DNA from: an uncultured delta proteobacterium
GTDB taxonomy: Bacteria; Desulfobacterota; Binatia; UBA9968
NCBI GenBank assembly: GCA_963727625.1
Contig: CAVSHR010000003.1
Span: forward strand, 32,001-96,000
Direction: 5' to 3'
DNA length: 64,000 nt
The position numbers were made by a program, and so were the translations under genes. The notes below the pieces were generated by a model. It had not been told where the DNA came from and searched no databases. It saw only the letters and a list, made by a program, of their open reading frames with translations. Shown piece by piece: positions 11,216 through 21,912 of the stretch (position 1 is the stretch's first letter; the number at the start of each line of letters is the position of its first letter).

Positions 11216-12322
11216 TTGAGCACCAAGAAAGATTACTACGAACTGCTCGGCGTGGGTCGTAGCGCCGGCGATGAAGAAATCAAAAAAGCGTATCGTAAAC
11301 TTGCGCTGCAATATCACCCGGATCGCAATCCGGGGGACAAACACTCCGAAGAAAAATTTAAAGAAGTGTCCGAGGCCTATTCGGTGCTTTCCGACCCGCA
11401 AAAGCGCGCCCAGTACGATCAGTTCGGTCACGCTGCGTTCGGCGACGGCGGACCTTTCGCCGGGGGTTTCGATTTTTCCGGTGGCTTTGAGGATATCTTC
11501 GGCGACATCTTTGGCGAGTTTTTCGGTGGCGGCACGAGCCGGCGGCGTAGCCGGGGCCAAGACTTACGCTACAACCTGACCTTAAAATTCGAAGAAGCCG
11601 TTTCCGGCGTTGAGAAAAAGATCAAAATTCCGCGTCACGGGCCGTGCGAAACTTGCCGCGGCAATGGCGCCAAGCCGGGCACGGTGCCGCAGACATGCCC
11701 GAGCTGTAAGGGCCGCGGCCAGGTGAATTTCCAACAGGGTTTTTTTAGCGTCTCGCGAACCTGCAGCCAGTGCCAGGGACAGGGAACGATCATCAAAGAG
11801 CCCTGCTCAAATTGCGGCGGGGCGGGACGAGTGCGCGGTATGCACACGCTCAGCGTGAAAATTCCCGCGGGCGTCGACAACGGTTCGCGCTTGAAGCTAC
11901 GCGGCGAAGGCGAGACTGCGCCGGCCGGAGGAATTCCCGGTGACCTTTACGTCGTTACTCAAGTCGAGCCCCACCCGATTTTCGTGCGCGACAATCTCGA
12001 TATCATCTGTGACGTGCCGATCAGCTTCGTGCAGGCCGCCTTGGGCGCAGAAATCGACGCGCCGACGTTGGACGGCAAGGTTAAAATGAAAATTCCCGCC
12101 GGCACGCAGTCGGGCAAGGTCTTTCGCATGAGGGGCAAAGGCATAAAAGATGTTCACGGCCTGCAACAGGGAGATCAACATGTCCGCGTCACGGTAGAAA
12201 CTCCGACCCGCCTGACGGCGAAGCAGAAAGAACTCTTGAAAGAGTTTGCCACTGTCGGCGGCGAAGAAGTGAATCCGCTGTCAAAAGGTTTCTTTGACAA
12301 AATGAAAGAACTGTTTGGTTAA
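11216..12322 (+). CDS. dnaJ: Chaperone DnaJ
   Basis: J domain with HPD, G/F region, four CxxCxGxG repeats; TTG start at MSTKKDYY. Confidence 0.97.
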   Translation: MSTKKDYYELLGVGRSAGDEEIKKAYRKLALQYHPDRNPGDKHSEEKFKEVSEAYSVLSDPQKRAQYDQFGHAAFGDGGPFAGGFDFSGGFEDIFGDIFGEFFGGGTSRRRSRGQDLRYNLTLKFEEAVSGVEKKIKIPRHGPCETCRGNGAKPGTVPQTCPSCKGRGQVNFQQGFFSVSRTCSQCQGQGTIIKEPCSNCGGAGRVRGMHTLSVKIPAGVDNGSRLKLRGEGETAPAGGIPGDLYVVTQVEPHPIFVRDNLDIICDVPISFVQAALGAEIDAPTLDGKVKMKIPAGTQSGKVFRMRGKGIKDVHGLQQGDQHVRVTVETPTRLTAKQKELLKEFATVGGEEVNPLSKGFFDKMKELFG

Positions 12323-12465
12323 GGAACACCGCTGCGAGAAGTCAACACCGCCAACGGCTCGCCCACGTTGTCATTCTTCAATTTTCCTGAAAATCCGATT
12401 TAGGCCAGATTGTTGTTGACCTGGGATACCGCTGTGATTAAGTTGACGGCAGGATTGGAGTCATT

Positions 12466-14964
12466 ATGAGCGAAACCGAATGGAAAGCCGAGAGCCCTGA
12501 GAGCAAAAGTTCTCAAGTGGAAATTCCGGAAGTTCTGCCGCTCCTGCCGATCCGCGACATCGTCATATACCCGTATATGATGCTGCCTCTTTTTGTCGGC
12601 CGCGATGTGTCGATTCGCGCGGTCGAAGAGGCGCTATCGCGCGACCGTTTAATCTTTCTGGTCTCACAAGTAAATTCCGCGGAGGAAAATCCCGCGCCCG
12701 GGGATATTCATCGGGTCGGCACTATCGCTTCGATCATGCGCATGCTGAAGCTGGCCGACGGTCGGGTCAAAATACTCGTCCAAGGTTTATCCAAAGGCGA
12801 AGTCGATACCTACCTGCGCGAGAGGCCCTTCTTCGAAGTGAAGATCCGCAAGGTCATCGAGCCGACGCTAGCGGAGGTGCCCATCGAAGTCGAGGCGCTG
12901 ATGCGCACGGCGAAAGAAAAGATCGAGCAAATTTTAAATCTGAAAAATCTGCCGCCCGAAATCGTCATGGTCACTGACAATATCAGCGACCCCGGTGTTT
13001 TGGCTGATCTAGTCGCCTCTAATCTACGGCTTAAAATCGAAGAGAGCCAGGCGATTCTCGAAGTCTTCGATCCCATCGAGCGTCTGAAGAAAGTCAACGA
13101 ACTGCTCACCCGCGAGCTGGAGTTGTCGGCCATGCAGGCGCGCATCCAGAGTCAGGCCAAGGAGGAAATGAGCAAGACCCAGCGCGATTATTATCTGCGC
13201 GAGCAGTTAAAACAGATTCAGCAAGAGCTGGGCGAAGGTGACGAGCGCGCCGAAGAGATCGGCGAGCTCAAAAAGCAGATTGAAAAGGCCAAGATGCCTC
13301 CAGAAGTGAAGAGCGAAGCCGACAAACAGCTGCGGCGCCTCGAGCAGATGCATCCGGAATCCTCCGAAGCCTCACTGGTGCGCACCTATCTCGACTGGAT
13401 CGTCGACCTGCCTTGGAGCAAACGCACCAAAGACAATTTGAATATTAAAAAGGCCAAACAAGTTCTCGACGAAGATCATTACAATCTGGAGAAAATTAAA
13501 GAGCGGATCCTCGAGTATCTGGCGGTGAACAAATTACGACGCAAGATCAAAGGACCGATTCTCTGTTTTGTCGGCCCGCCGGGCGTCGGCAAAACTTCAC
13601 TGGGGCGATCCATCGCGCGGTCGTTGGGACGAAACTTCATGCGCGTGTCCCTGGGCGGCGTGCGCGACGAGGCGGAGATCCGCGGCCACCGGCGCACCTA
13701 TGTCGGCGCACTGCCGGGGCGGATTATTCAAGGCATCAAGCAAGCCAATTCAAACAATCCGGTTTTCATGCTCGACGAGATCGACAAAGTGGGCGCCGAT
13801 TTTCGCGGCGATCCCTCGGCCGCGCTGCTGGAAGTATTGGATCCGGAGCAGAACCATGCCTTCAGCGATCATTATTTAAATTTGCCTTTCGATCTTTCCA
13901 ACGTGTTGTTCATCTGCACGGCGAATTTACTCGATCCGGTACCGCCCGCCTTGGCCGATCGCATGGAAGTCATTCAACTCTCCGGATACACCAATGAAGA
14001 GAAACTGGCGATCGCTCGGAAATATCTACTGCCGCGGCAGTTGAATGACAACGGCATTTCCACCAAACAGTTGGAGATCTCCGATGACGCGGTACTGCGC
14101 GTGATCGCCGAATACACGAAAGAAGCCGGGCTTAGAAATCTCGAGCGCGAGATTGCTTCGATTTGTCGCAAAGTGGCACGCAAAGTGGCTGAAGGAAAAG
14201 GCGAGCTCACCCGCGTGACCCGGGCCAATGTTCATACCTTTCTCGGCGCGCCGAAGTTTTTGCCGGAAGCCGAACAAGAGGAGCACGAGATCGGCGTGGC
14301 TACCGGTTTGGCGTGGACCAGCGCCGGCGGCGAGATCCTTTACGTTGAAGCCTCGCTGTCGCGCGGGCGCGGCAACCTGACGCTCACCGGCCAACTCGGT
14401 GACGTGATGAAAGAGTCGGCCCAAGCTGCGGTGAGTTACGCGCGGGCGCACGCCAAAACCCTCGGCATCGAAGCGGATTTTTACCAGAAACTCGATATCC
14501 ATATTCACGTTCCCTCCGGCGCGATTCCCAAAGACGGTCCCTCCGCGGGTATCACCATGGCTACTGCGCTGATCTCTGCGCTGACCAAGCGGCCGGTCAG
14601 CCGCGACGTGGCGATGACCGGTGAGATCACGTTGCGCGGTCGAGTGCTGCCTATTGGCGGACTCAAAGAAAAATCTCTCGCGGCCTTTCGCGCTGGAATT
14701 AGAACGATCATTATTCCGGACCGCAACGAAAAGGACCTTGATGAGATTCCCAAACCGTTGCGCCGTAAGCTCAATTGGGTGGTCGCGAAAAATATGTCCG
14801 ACGTGTTGAAGGTCGCACTGATTGAGCGGGGAACAGCGACGAAAACACCGCGCTCCGACCCACGCAGGCGACGGGTTCTCGCTGCGTCGCCTCGGGTCGC
14901 AAGAAAATCTCATCGGCCGCTGCGTAAAAACCATCGGGAACGATCGCTGCCGATTCGCCCTTGA
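12466..14964 (+). CDS. lon: ATP-dependent protease La (Lon)
   Basis: LON N domain, [17 protein letters not shown] catalytic Ser, GGLKEK Lys. Confidence 0.97.
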   Translation: MSETEWKAESPESKSSQVEIPEVLPLLPIRDIVIYPYMMLPLFVGRDVSIRAVEEALSRDRLIFLVSQVNSAEENPAPGDIHRVGTIASIMRMLKLADGRVKILVQGLSKGEVDTYLRERPFFEVKIRKVIEPTLAEVPIEVEALMRTAKEKIEQILNLKNLPPEIVMVTDNISDPGVLADLVASNLRLKIEESQAILEVFDPIERLKKVNELLTRELELSAMQARIQSQAKEEMSKTQRDYYLREQLKQIQQELGEGDERAEEIGELKKQIEKAKMPPEVKSEADKQLRRLEQMHPESSEASLVRTYLDWIVDLPWSKRTKDNLNIKKAKQVLDEDHYNLEKIKERILEYLAVNKLRRKIKGPILCFVGPPGVGKTSLGRSIARSLGRNFMRVSLGGVRDEAEIRGHRRTYVGALPGRIIQGIKQANSNNPVFMLDEIDKVGADFRGDPSAALLEVLDPEQNHAFSDHYLNLPFDLSNVLFICTANLLDPVPPALADRMEVIQLSGYTNEEKLAIARKYLLPRQLNDNGISTKQLEISDDAVLRVIAEYTKEAGLRNLEREIASICRKVARKVAEGKGELTRVTRANVHTFLGAPKFLPEAEQEEHEIGVATGLAWTSAGGEILYVEASLSRGRGNLTLTGQLGDVMKESAQAAVSYARAHAKTLGIEADFYQKLDIHIHVPSGAIPKDGPSAGITMATALISALTKRPVSRDVAMTGEITLRGRVLPIGGLKEKSLAAFRAGIRTIIIPDRNEKDLDEIPKPLRRKLNWVVAKNMSDVLKVALIERGTATKTPRSDPRRRRVLAASPRVARKSHRPLRKNHRERSLPIRP

Positions 14965-15055
14965 ACGAGCCACCGAGCCGGCGCAGCAGCGCTTCGAAGT
15001 GTTTGAACGCCGGCCGCAAACTCGAAGTTCCTCGACGTATTTGTACTCTGACTGG

Positions 15056-16042
15056 ATGAAGCTCAGCCGCCTCGGAGAGTTCGGTTTGATCGAAAGAATT
15101 CGCCGCGCCATGCCCGCGGGTCGCGGGGTGCGCATCGGAATTGGTGATGACGCCGCCTGGGTCGGCCATCCGGCCGGCTCATCGCTTGTCACGGCGGATC
15201 TGCTGGTCGAGAAAGTTCATTTCAATCTCAAATGGATCTCGCTCTACGAGCTCGGCTATAAGTCGCTTGCGGTTAACCTGAGCGACATCGCCGCGATGGG
15301 AGGCGTGCCCGCCTACGCGATCCTGTCCCTCGGCATCCCCGGCAATTTTGACAGCAACCAAATCGATGAGTTTTATCGCGGAGTCAAAGCGCTGGCGCGA
15401 AAAAGTCGAGTCGCTATCGTCGGCGGCGATACCAACATCGCCGACTCGCTGATTGTTTCGGTTTGCGTCATCGGCCATCCGCCGCTCCGGCCGATTCGCC
15501 GCAGCGGCGCCAAGGTCGGCGACGATATTTATGTCACCGGCACGTTGGGCGATTCCGCGCTTGGTTTGAAGTTATTGCGACAGGGAAAAGGGCGGCTCAA
15601 AGGGCAAAATTTTGCCAAACTGATCGCGCGCCATCACCGACCGACGCCCAGGCTTAGCGCCGGATCGCTGCTTGCGAAAGAAGGGCTGGCGACGGCGATG
15701 ATCGACGTGAGCGACGGGCTGCTGCAGGACTTGGGTCATATTTGCCGCGCCAGCGATGTCGGGGCGGTGGTATTCAACAACCAATTGCCCCTGTCGCCCG
15801 CCTATCGCGTGCTCGCCGGTAAGGACAGTACAATCCACGCGCTGAGCGGTGGTGAGGACTACGAGCTGCTGTTTTGCGCTCGGCCGAAAAATCGCGACCG
15901 AGTCGAAAAACTTCCGCGGCGGGCACATCTACGGATCACTAGGATTGGAACCTGTGCTGCAGCCAACCGAGGAATTCATGTCGTCGAAAGATCTGGAAAG
16001 CGCCTTTTTATTCGCGCCACAGGCCATGATCATTTCAGATGA
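15056..16042 (+). CDS. thiL: Thiamine-monophosphate kinase
   Basis: GEFGLIERI, GIGDDAA, NLSDIAAMGG, MIDVSDGL, GGEDYELLF; start at MKLSRL. Confidence 0.95.
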   Translation: MKLSRLGEFGLIERIRRAMPAGRGVRIGIGDDAAWVGHPAGSSLVTADLLVEKVHFNLKWISLYELGYKSLAVNLSDIAAMGGVPAYAILSLGIPGNFDSNQIDEFYRGVKALARKSRVAIVGGDTNIADSLIVSVCVIGHPPLRPIRRSGAKVGDDIYVTGTLGDSALGLKLLRQGKGRLKGQNFAKLIARHHRPTPRLSAGSLLAKEGLATAMIDVSDGLLQDLGHICRASDVGAVVFNNQLPLSPAYRVLAGKDSTIHALSGGEDYELLFCARPKNRDRVEKLPRRAHLRITRIGTCAAANRGIHVVERSGKRLFIRATGHDHFR

Positions 16043-16122
16043 AAGTAGCGCAAACCCGCGACAATCGGTATATCTATAATGTTTGGCGCTCCACATGGCG
16101 GCCATAAAAAAACCTTTGAATC

Positions 16123-16872
16123 ATGGACTCCGAGCAGCTAGTCAAATTGCTTAACGGGGTGCGCCGAAACCGGCTGAGCGTCCCTCAAGCGTTGGTCCGG
16201 CTGCGCCATATGCCGTTTGAAGACCTCGGCTTTGCCAAAATCGACCATCATCGGGCGCTGCGCCAGGGTTTTCCTGAAGTGATTATGGGCCAGGGAAAAG
16301 AGGCCAAAGATATCGCAGCGATCGTCCGCGCGATGCGTCGGAGTACGGGGAAAATTTTGGTTACGCGCATCGACGCTGAGAAGATGGCGCGCTTGAAGCA
16401 ACTCCGCACCGGCCTTAAGTTTCATACGGAAGCCCGCGCCGCGACTTGGCTCGGGAAACCGCTCAAGATCACCGGCAAAGGAACCATCTTGGTAGTATGC
16501 GCCGGCACCTCCGATATTCCCGTTGCCGAGGAGGCAGTTCTCACTGCAGCCATTACGGGTAACCAAGTGGAGCGGCTTTACGACGTCGGCGTGGCGGGGA
16601 TTCACCGCGTGCTCGACAACCGGCCGCGGCTCGACGCCGCTGCGGTGCTCATCGTCGTCGCGGGGATGGAAGGGGCGTTGCCCAGCGTCGTCGCGGGATT
16701 GGTCGATAAACCGGTAATCGCCGTGCCGACCAGCGTCGGTTACGGGGCGAGCTTTCACGGCCTGGCCGCACTGTTGGGCATGCTCAATTCTTGCGCCGCC
16801 GGCGTGACGGTGGTGAACATCGACAACGGCTTCGGCGCCGGGTTTGCGGCCAGCCTCATAAACCGGGTATAA
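16123..16872 (+). CDS. larB: Nickel-pincer cofactor biosynthesis protein LarB (PurE-like carboxylase)
   Basis: DHHRALRQGFPEVI, AGTSDIPVAEEA, DVGVAGIHR, AGMEGALPSV, VNIDNGFGA. Confidence 0.9.
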   Translation: MDSEQLVKLLNGVRRNRLSVPQALVRLRHMPFEDLGFAKIDHHRALRQGFPEVIMGQGKEAKDIAAIVRAMRRSTGKILVTRIDAEKMARLKQLRTGLKFHTEARAATWLGKPLKITGKGTILVVCAGTSDIPVAEEAVLTAAITGNQVERLYDVGVAGIHRVLDNRPRLDAAAVLIVVAGMEGALPSVVAGLVDKPVIAVPTSVGYGASFHGLAALLGMLNSCAAGVTVVNIDNGFGAGFAASLINRV

Positions 16873-16879
16873 AAGGGGG

Positions 16880-17173
16880 GTGAGGCAGTGTTATCACTGC
16901 GGTAGAGAGGTTTTCGGAACAATCCATACGCAGAAGAACTATAAAGTCGATTTCTATCTACTCCACACCGGTCATACCGAGTGGGAATTTATTGAAAATC
17001 CAAAGCAAAATGCGCCGTCCTTTCGCTATCGCAAGTTGACCCAACCGATAGATATTTTCACATGTGTCCAGTGTTATGCGCGTCCGGCAATCCGGCAACT
17101 CTTGGATGATGATATTTCTGGCCGCCGCGAGCTCGTTGACATGCAGCCCAGGGCGAGCCACGAACAGATTTAA
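16880..17173 (+). CDS. Hypothetical protein with CxxC...CxxC (putative Zn-binding)
   Basis: Fills the gap between larB and archease on the same strand; CYHC and CVQC. Confidence 0.7.
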   Translation: MRQCYHCGREVFGTIHTQKNYKVDFYLLHTGHTEWEFIENPKQNAPSFRYRKLTQPIDIFTCVQCYARPAIRQLLDDDISGRRELVDMQPRASHEQI

Positions 17174-17193
17174 ACCTCGAAGGTCGACGGAAC

Positions 17194-17622
17194 ATGGAGA
17201 ACCAGAAGAAATACCGACTCACCAGACATCAATCTGAACTCGCCGTAAGGGTGACCGGCGATTCCCAAGCGGATCTATTTGCCAATTCGGCTTGGGCGCT
17301 CTTCGACGTCATCATGGCGGATGTGAACAGGGTCGAGACCAAAGAACGAATTCCCCTGGAGGTCGAAGGAACCGATCGTGACGATTTGATGGTCAACTGG
17401 ATGCGCGAGTTGCTTTATCTCTATCAGGGCAGCGGCTATCTGTTGCGAGAATTTCTCATCCGCGAGGTCAAGGATAACTTTGTCAAGGCAGAGGTTGCCG
17501 GCGAAAAACTCGATCCAGACCGCCACGAAATTAAACAGGAGATCGCCGCTGTGGCGTTTCATAAAAGCCGCATGGAAAAAACCGGTAACCAATGGACGGC
17601 GCACTTAATTTTCGAGGTCTGA
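17194..17622 (+). CDS. Archease family protein
   Basis: H-x-S/A-E/D N-terminal motif, LFANSAWALF, LMVNWMRELLYL, EIAAVAFH and C-terminal IFEV, resembling archease IKAVTYH...FDV. Confidence 0.85.
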   Translation: MENQKKYRLTRHQSELAVRVTGDSQADLFANSAWALFDVIMADVNRVETKERIPLEVEGTDRDDLMVNWMRELLYLYQGSGYLLREFLIREVKDNFVKAEVAGEKLDPDRHEIKQEIAAVAFHKSRMEKTGNQWTAHLIFEV

Positions 17623-17677
17623 CGCGCGTCGTTGCCCTCGTTAACCTAGTCAACAAGGTTTCGAGCGCAGGGAAGAC

Positions 17678-19081
17678 ATGGCGCATCTGAGCGATAACGA
17701 GTACGAAGGCACGGCGCTGATCGCCGATCCGATCCATCGCTACATCCAGTTCACCGTCCCGAAAGAAAAAGGCGAGGTCACCGAGAAAGCCTTGATCGAT
17801 TCTCCCTGGGTGCAGCGTCTGCGCTATATTTATCAGTTGCAGAGCGCGCGCTGGGTCTACCCCTCAGCAGAGCACAGCCGCTTTCAACACTCGCTCGGCG
17901 CCATGCACTTAGCCGGCGAGTTCGCCAAACATCTTTACCCATCGCTGCGCAAAGTCCTCGGCGACGAGTGCCCGTCGGCCCCGTTCATAGAGGAATACAT
18001 GCGGGTCACCGGGCTGTTGCACGACATCGGCCACGGCCCATTCGGCCATTTTTTCGACGATAATTTTTTAATTAATTACGATCTCACCCACGAGGATCTT
18101 GGCCAGATCATCATCCAGAAACATCTGGGCGATATCATCCGCCAACTGCGGCGCAGCCCCAGCGGTCCCTTTGCGCCCGGCGAAGAGCTAAGGCCTGAAG
18201 ACGTTGCCTTCCCGATTAAAAAGAACGGCAAGGAGGACCATCGCAAGGCCAAGTGGGTGCGTTTTCTGCAACCTTTGACCGGCGGGATTTTTACCTTTGA
18301 TAATCTTGACTACGTGTCGCGCGATTCTTATATGTGCGGCGTCCATCCGGGCCCCATCGACCGTGAGCGGCTGATTCACTACACGTTTTTTACGCCCAAA
18401 GGCCTCACCGTCCATAAGGCAGGCAACGGCGCGCTGACGACTTTTCTAAACGCCCGGCTCTATCTCTACACCAACGTCTACTATCACCGCACCACTCGCG
18501 CCATCGACTTGCATTTAAGAGAAATCTTTCCCGAAACCATGAAGGTTCTATTCCCAGGAAATCCCCTCGATCATATGGAGGATTATCTCTATTTGACCGA
18601 TTGGTCATTGCTTGAGGACGTGTCGCGCTGGCGCCGTCGAAAAGGCGAGCTCGAAGCCCTGGCCAAGGAATGGGAATCCGTGCTGCACCGCGAGGTCAAA
18701 TGGAAGATGGCCTACGACCGCACGCTGTCTCTAAACGAGCTGCGTTACGGTGTGGCGCTGATTCAGGACACCGACTGGGAAAAGCGCATCCGCAATGCAC
18801 TCCCGGCGGCGGCGCGCGATTTGACCTTCCGCGTCGACATGGCCACTCAAGACCCGCGTCCGGAAAACCCGTTTGCCATGGGCAAGAAGCAAATCCACAT
18901 TTACGATCCTTCGACCGGCGAGATCACCAAGGAAACTCTCGCCGAGCTCTTTGAGTTTATTCCATCTAAGGTCGTTCAGTTCCGCGTCTTCGCCCTCGAT
19001 CACGAGCATGATCAGTTGCTCGCCGAAGTCGCCGAAAACGCGTTGAAGGGCCAGTCTCCGGCAGTCAAAACCAGTGTCTAG
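17678..19081 (+). CDS. HD-domain phosphohydrolase (dNTP triphosphohydrolase/SAMHD1-like family)
   Basis: DPIH, QRLRYIYQL, HSRFQHSLG, LLHDIGHGPFGH, DNLDYVSRD, VYYHRT. Confidence 0.88.
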   Translation: MAHLSDNEYEGTALIADPIHRYIQFTVPKEKGEVTEKALIDSPWVQRLRYIYQLQSARWVYPSAEHSRFQHSLGAMHLAGEFAKHLYPSLRKVLGDECPSAPFIEEYMRVTGLLHDIGHGPFGHFFDDNFLINYDLTHEDLGQIIIQKHLGDIIRQLRRSPSGPFAPGEELRPEDVAFPIKKNGKEDHRKAKWVRFLQPLTGGIFTFDNLDYVSRDSYMCGVHPGPIDRERLIHYTFFTPKGLTVHKAGNGALTTFLNARLYLYTNVYYHRTTRAIDLHLREIFPETMKVLFPGNPLDHMEDYLYLTDWSLLEDVSRWRRRKGELEALAKEWESVLHREVKWKMAYDRTLSLNELRYGVALIQDTDWEKRIRNALPAAARDLTFRVDMATQDPRPENPFAMGKKQIHIYDPSTGEITKETLAELFEFIPSKVVQFRVFALDHEHDQLLAEVAENALKGQSPAVKTSV

Positions 19082-20273
19082 TCCCGCCCCTTTTAAAATT
19101 CCGATCGTCGACCTGCGCGCGCAATATGCTGCCATTCGCGAGCAGGTGCGCCAGGCCATCGACCAGGTAAGCGAATCGCAACAATTCATCCTCGGCCCGG
19201 CCGTTAAAGATTTCGAAGACCAAATGGCGGCATATCTTGTGTGCGGATCCGCCGTCGGCGTGGCCTCGGGCAGCGACGCGCTCTTGCTGGCGCTGATGGC
19301 GCTCGGGGTCGGGCCCGGCGACAGCGTGATCACGACGCCGTTTACTTTTTTTTCGACGGTCTCCTCCATTACGAGATTGGGTGCAATACCGTTGTTTGTC
19401 GATATCGACGCCGACAACTATCTCCTGAGCGCAAAAGGCGTCGAAGCATTTCTCGACGAACGCGGACAAAAGCAAAACAGCCGCGTGGTGCATGTCAAAA
19501 CCGGCCGGTGCATTCGTGCGATTCTACCGGTGCACCTCTTTGGCCAGTGCAGCGCGATGAATGAGCTGCTCGGGTTGGCCAAGAGATATCATTTGCATAT
19601 CGTCGAAGATGTCGCCCAGGCTTGCGGCGCGAGGATGGAAGTGGGCGGGGAAAATAAATTTGCCGGTGCCATCGGTGATCTTGGCTGCTTTTCTTTTTTC
19701 CCAAGTAAAAATTTGGGCGGTTTCGGCGACGGCGGCATGGTAACAACGAGCGATCCTGAATTCGCCGACAAGGTGAGAATGCTGCGCATGCATGGCGAGC
19801 GCACCAAGTATCACCATGAGGTCACCGGCATCAATTCCCGTCTCGATTCGCTTCAAGCGGCCGTCTTGGCGGTGAAACAGAAATTCCTTGAGACCTGGTG
19901 CGCCGAGCGCATTCGCCGCGCCCGGCGGTATTACGAATGGTTCAGCCAGAGCGGACTGTTGGGTCATGGTGTGCTGACCATTCCGCCGCACAGCCTCGAC
20001 AAATCTCACGTCTTCAACAATTACGTAGTCCGGGTTGAACGCCGTGACGAGCTAAAGCGATTTCTCGCCGATCAAGGCATTCAAAGCGAGATTTATTACC
20101 CCCTGCCGCTGCACTTGCAGAACTGCTTCGCGGATCTCGGTTACCGGCGGGGCGAGTTTCCTCAAGCTGAGCTTGCGGCAAGCCAGGTTTTGGCCTTACC
20201 GCTCTATCCCGAGCTGGCCCCGGCCCAGCAAGAATTGGTCGTCGAAACGATTCGAGCGTTTTATCGTCGCTAA
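19074..20273 (+). CDS. DegT/DnrJ/EryC1/StrS PLP-dependent sugar aminotransferase
   Basis: SGSDALLLAL, PVHLFGQ, EDVAQA, SFFPSKNLGGFGDGG, NSRLD. Confidence 0.93.
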   Translation: MSSPAPFKIPIVDLRAQYAAIREQVRQAIDQVSESQQFILGPAVKDFEDQMAAYLVCGSAVGVASGSDALLLALMALGVGPGDSVITTPFTFFSTVSSITRLGAIPLFVDIDADNYLLSAKGVEAFLDERGQKQNSRVVHVKTGRCIRAILPVHLFGQCSAMNELLGLAKRYHLHIVEDVAQACGARMEVGGENKFAGAIGDLGCFSFFPSKNLGGFGDGGMVTTSDPEFADKVRMLRMHGERTKYHHEVTGINSRLDSLQAAVLAVKQKFLETWCAERIRRARRYYEWFSQSGLLGHGVLTIPPHSLDKSHVFNNYVVRVERRDELKRFLADQGIQSEIYYPLPLHLQNCFADLGYRRGEFPQAELAASQVLALPLYPELAPAQQELVVETIRAFYRR

Positions 20274-20331
20274 CATCGTCTTCCATCTCTGCGCACCCTG
20301 TGATAAAAATTTTTCCACTTTGAAAGAGACT

Positions 20332-20910
20332 ATGAAAGATTTGATCGCCTTGGCTTTCGACGAAAGCATCCGGGTGAAGCGAGCTTTCTTGCGCGATAAT
20401 CTTGACGACCTCGCTCAGGCGATCGAGACCGTCGTCGCGGCGTTCAAAAGCGGCAATAAATTATTGCTTTTCGGCAACGGCGGCAGCGCCGCCGACGCCC
20501 AGCATATCGCTGCGGAGTTCGTCAATCGCTTCCGCATCGAACGGCCGCCTCTACCGGCAATCGCCTTGACCACCGATTCCTCCGCGCTGACGAGTATCGC
20601 CAACGATTACGATTACTCGGAGGTCTTCGCAAAACAGCTAAGAGCACTGGGTAAGGCAGGGGATGTGGCGCTGGCGATCTCGACCAGCGGCAATGCCGCC
20701 AATGTTGTCAATGCCGTACAAGTTTGCCGGGAGCTTAATATCAAAACGATCGGACTCACGGGCGGCAGCGGTGGCAAACTCGCCGGCAACACCGATCATC
20801 TGCTGCGCGTCGCCGCAACCGCCAATACCGCGCGCATCCAGGAAACTCACATTCTCATCGGCCATGTGATTTGCGAGCTGGTCGACGGGCAACTCTTCCC
20901 GGTAACCTGA
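20332..20910 (+). CDS. gmhA: D-sedoheptulose 7-phosphate isomerase
   Basis: GNGGSAADAQHIAAE, ISTSGN, RIQETHILIGH. Confidence 0.95.
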   Translation: MKDLIALAFDESIRVKRAFLRDNLDDLAQAIETVVAAFKSGNKLLLFGNGGSAADAQHIAAEFVNRFRIERPPLPAIALTTDSSALTSIANDYDYSEVFAKQLRALGKAGDVALAISTSGNAANVVNAVQVCRELNIKTIGLTGGSGGKLAGNTDHLLRVAATANTARIQETHILIGHVICELVDGQLFPVT

Positions 20911-20925
20911 CAGAGCCTGCCGCGC

Positions 20926-21873
20926 ATGCCATCGAAAAAGTTCAAGCCGCTCGACTTCACGAAAGTCCGCACCTACCCGGTGACCAAGAGATTCAGCAAA
21001 GTCGAAGCCTCGCTGCTCGGGAAAAAAATCACCAAGGGCGCGACGCTGCGTGCATTCATCCGCGGTCTGCCGGATATTCTCGCGGCCCAGAATCTCAAGG
21101 CGATCGCGCGCAAGCTCGCGGAATGCCACCGCAAGAATCGCACCATCCTGCTCGGTATGGGCGCCCACCCGATCAAAGTCGGGTTGAGTCCGCTGATCAT
21201 CGATTTCATGGAAAGGGGACTGATCCACGCCATCGCGCTCAACGGCGCGGGCGTGATTCACGACTTCGAGCTCGCCTACATGGGCGAGACCTCCGAGGAC
21301 GTGGCAACGACGTTGAAAGACGGCAGCTTCGGCATGGCGGAAGAGACCGGCGCCTTCATCAACCAGGCGATCATCGAGGGCTCGCAAAAAAACTTGGGTG
21401 TGGGTGCCGCAGTGGGCGCGGCGATCGTGAAAAACCATTTGCCGCATCGAAAATTGAGTATTCTCGCCGCTGCCACGCGCCTTGGCATTCCGGTCACTTC
21501 GCATATCGCCATCGGCACGGATATCATCCACATGCACCCAAAAGCCGATGGCCGGGCGCTCGGTGATTGCAGTCTCAGAGACTTTCGCACGTTAACTTCA
21601 GTCGTGGCCACGCTCCGCGGCGGGGTGTATTTGAATTTCGGTTCCGCGGTGGTGTTGCCGGAGGTGTTTCTCAAGGCCGTGAGCCTGGCGCGTAATCTCG
21701 GCAATCCCGTGGACAAACTAACGACGGTGAATCTAGATTTCCTGCAGCACTACCGGCCGCTCACAAACGTGGTCAACCGGCCGACCCTGGGCAGCGGCAA
21801 GGGGTACCACCTCACCGGCCATATGGAAATCATGGTGCCGCTGCTTTTTGCCGCGGTTTTGGAAGAATTATAG
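20926..21873 (+). CDS. Conserved hypothetical protein, probable deoxyhypusine-synthase-like fold
   Basis: MGAHPIKVG, NGAGVIHDFE, HIAIGTDIIH, GSAVVLPEVFLKA; 16 nt downstream of gmhA. Fold assignment is from recollection of the family. Confidence 0.65.
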   Translation: MPSKKFKPLDFTKVRTYPVTKRFSKVEASLLGKKITKGATLRAFIRGLPDILAAQNLKAIARKLAECHRKNRTILLGMGAHPIKVGLSPLIIDFMERGLIHAIALNGAGVIHDFELAYMGETSEDVATTLKDGSFGMAEETGAFINQAIIEGSQKNLGVGAAVGAAIVKNHLPHRKLSILAAATRLGIPVTSHIAIGTDIIHMHPKADGRALGDCSLRDFRTLTSVVATLRGGVYLNFGSAVVLPEVFLKAVSLARNLGNPVDKLTTVNLDFLQHYRPLTNVVNRPTLGSGKGYHLTGHMEIMVPLLFAAVLEEL

Positions 21874-21912
21874 CGCAGCTCCGAAAACTGCAAGTCAGAC
21901 GAACCTCTCGCC

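Noticed and set aside
8765-15192. Long minus-strand ORFs opposite dnaK, dnaJ and lon
   Set aside because: Typical antisense open frames of conserved GC-rich genes; no motifs.
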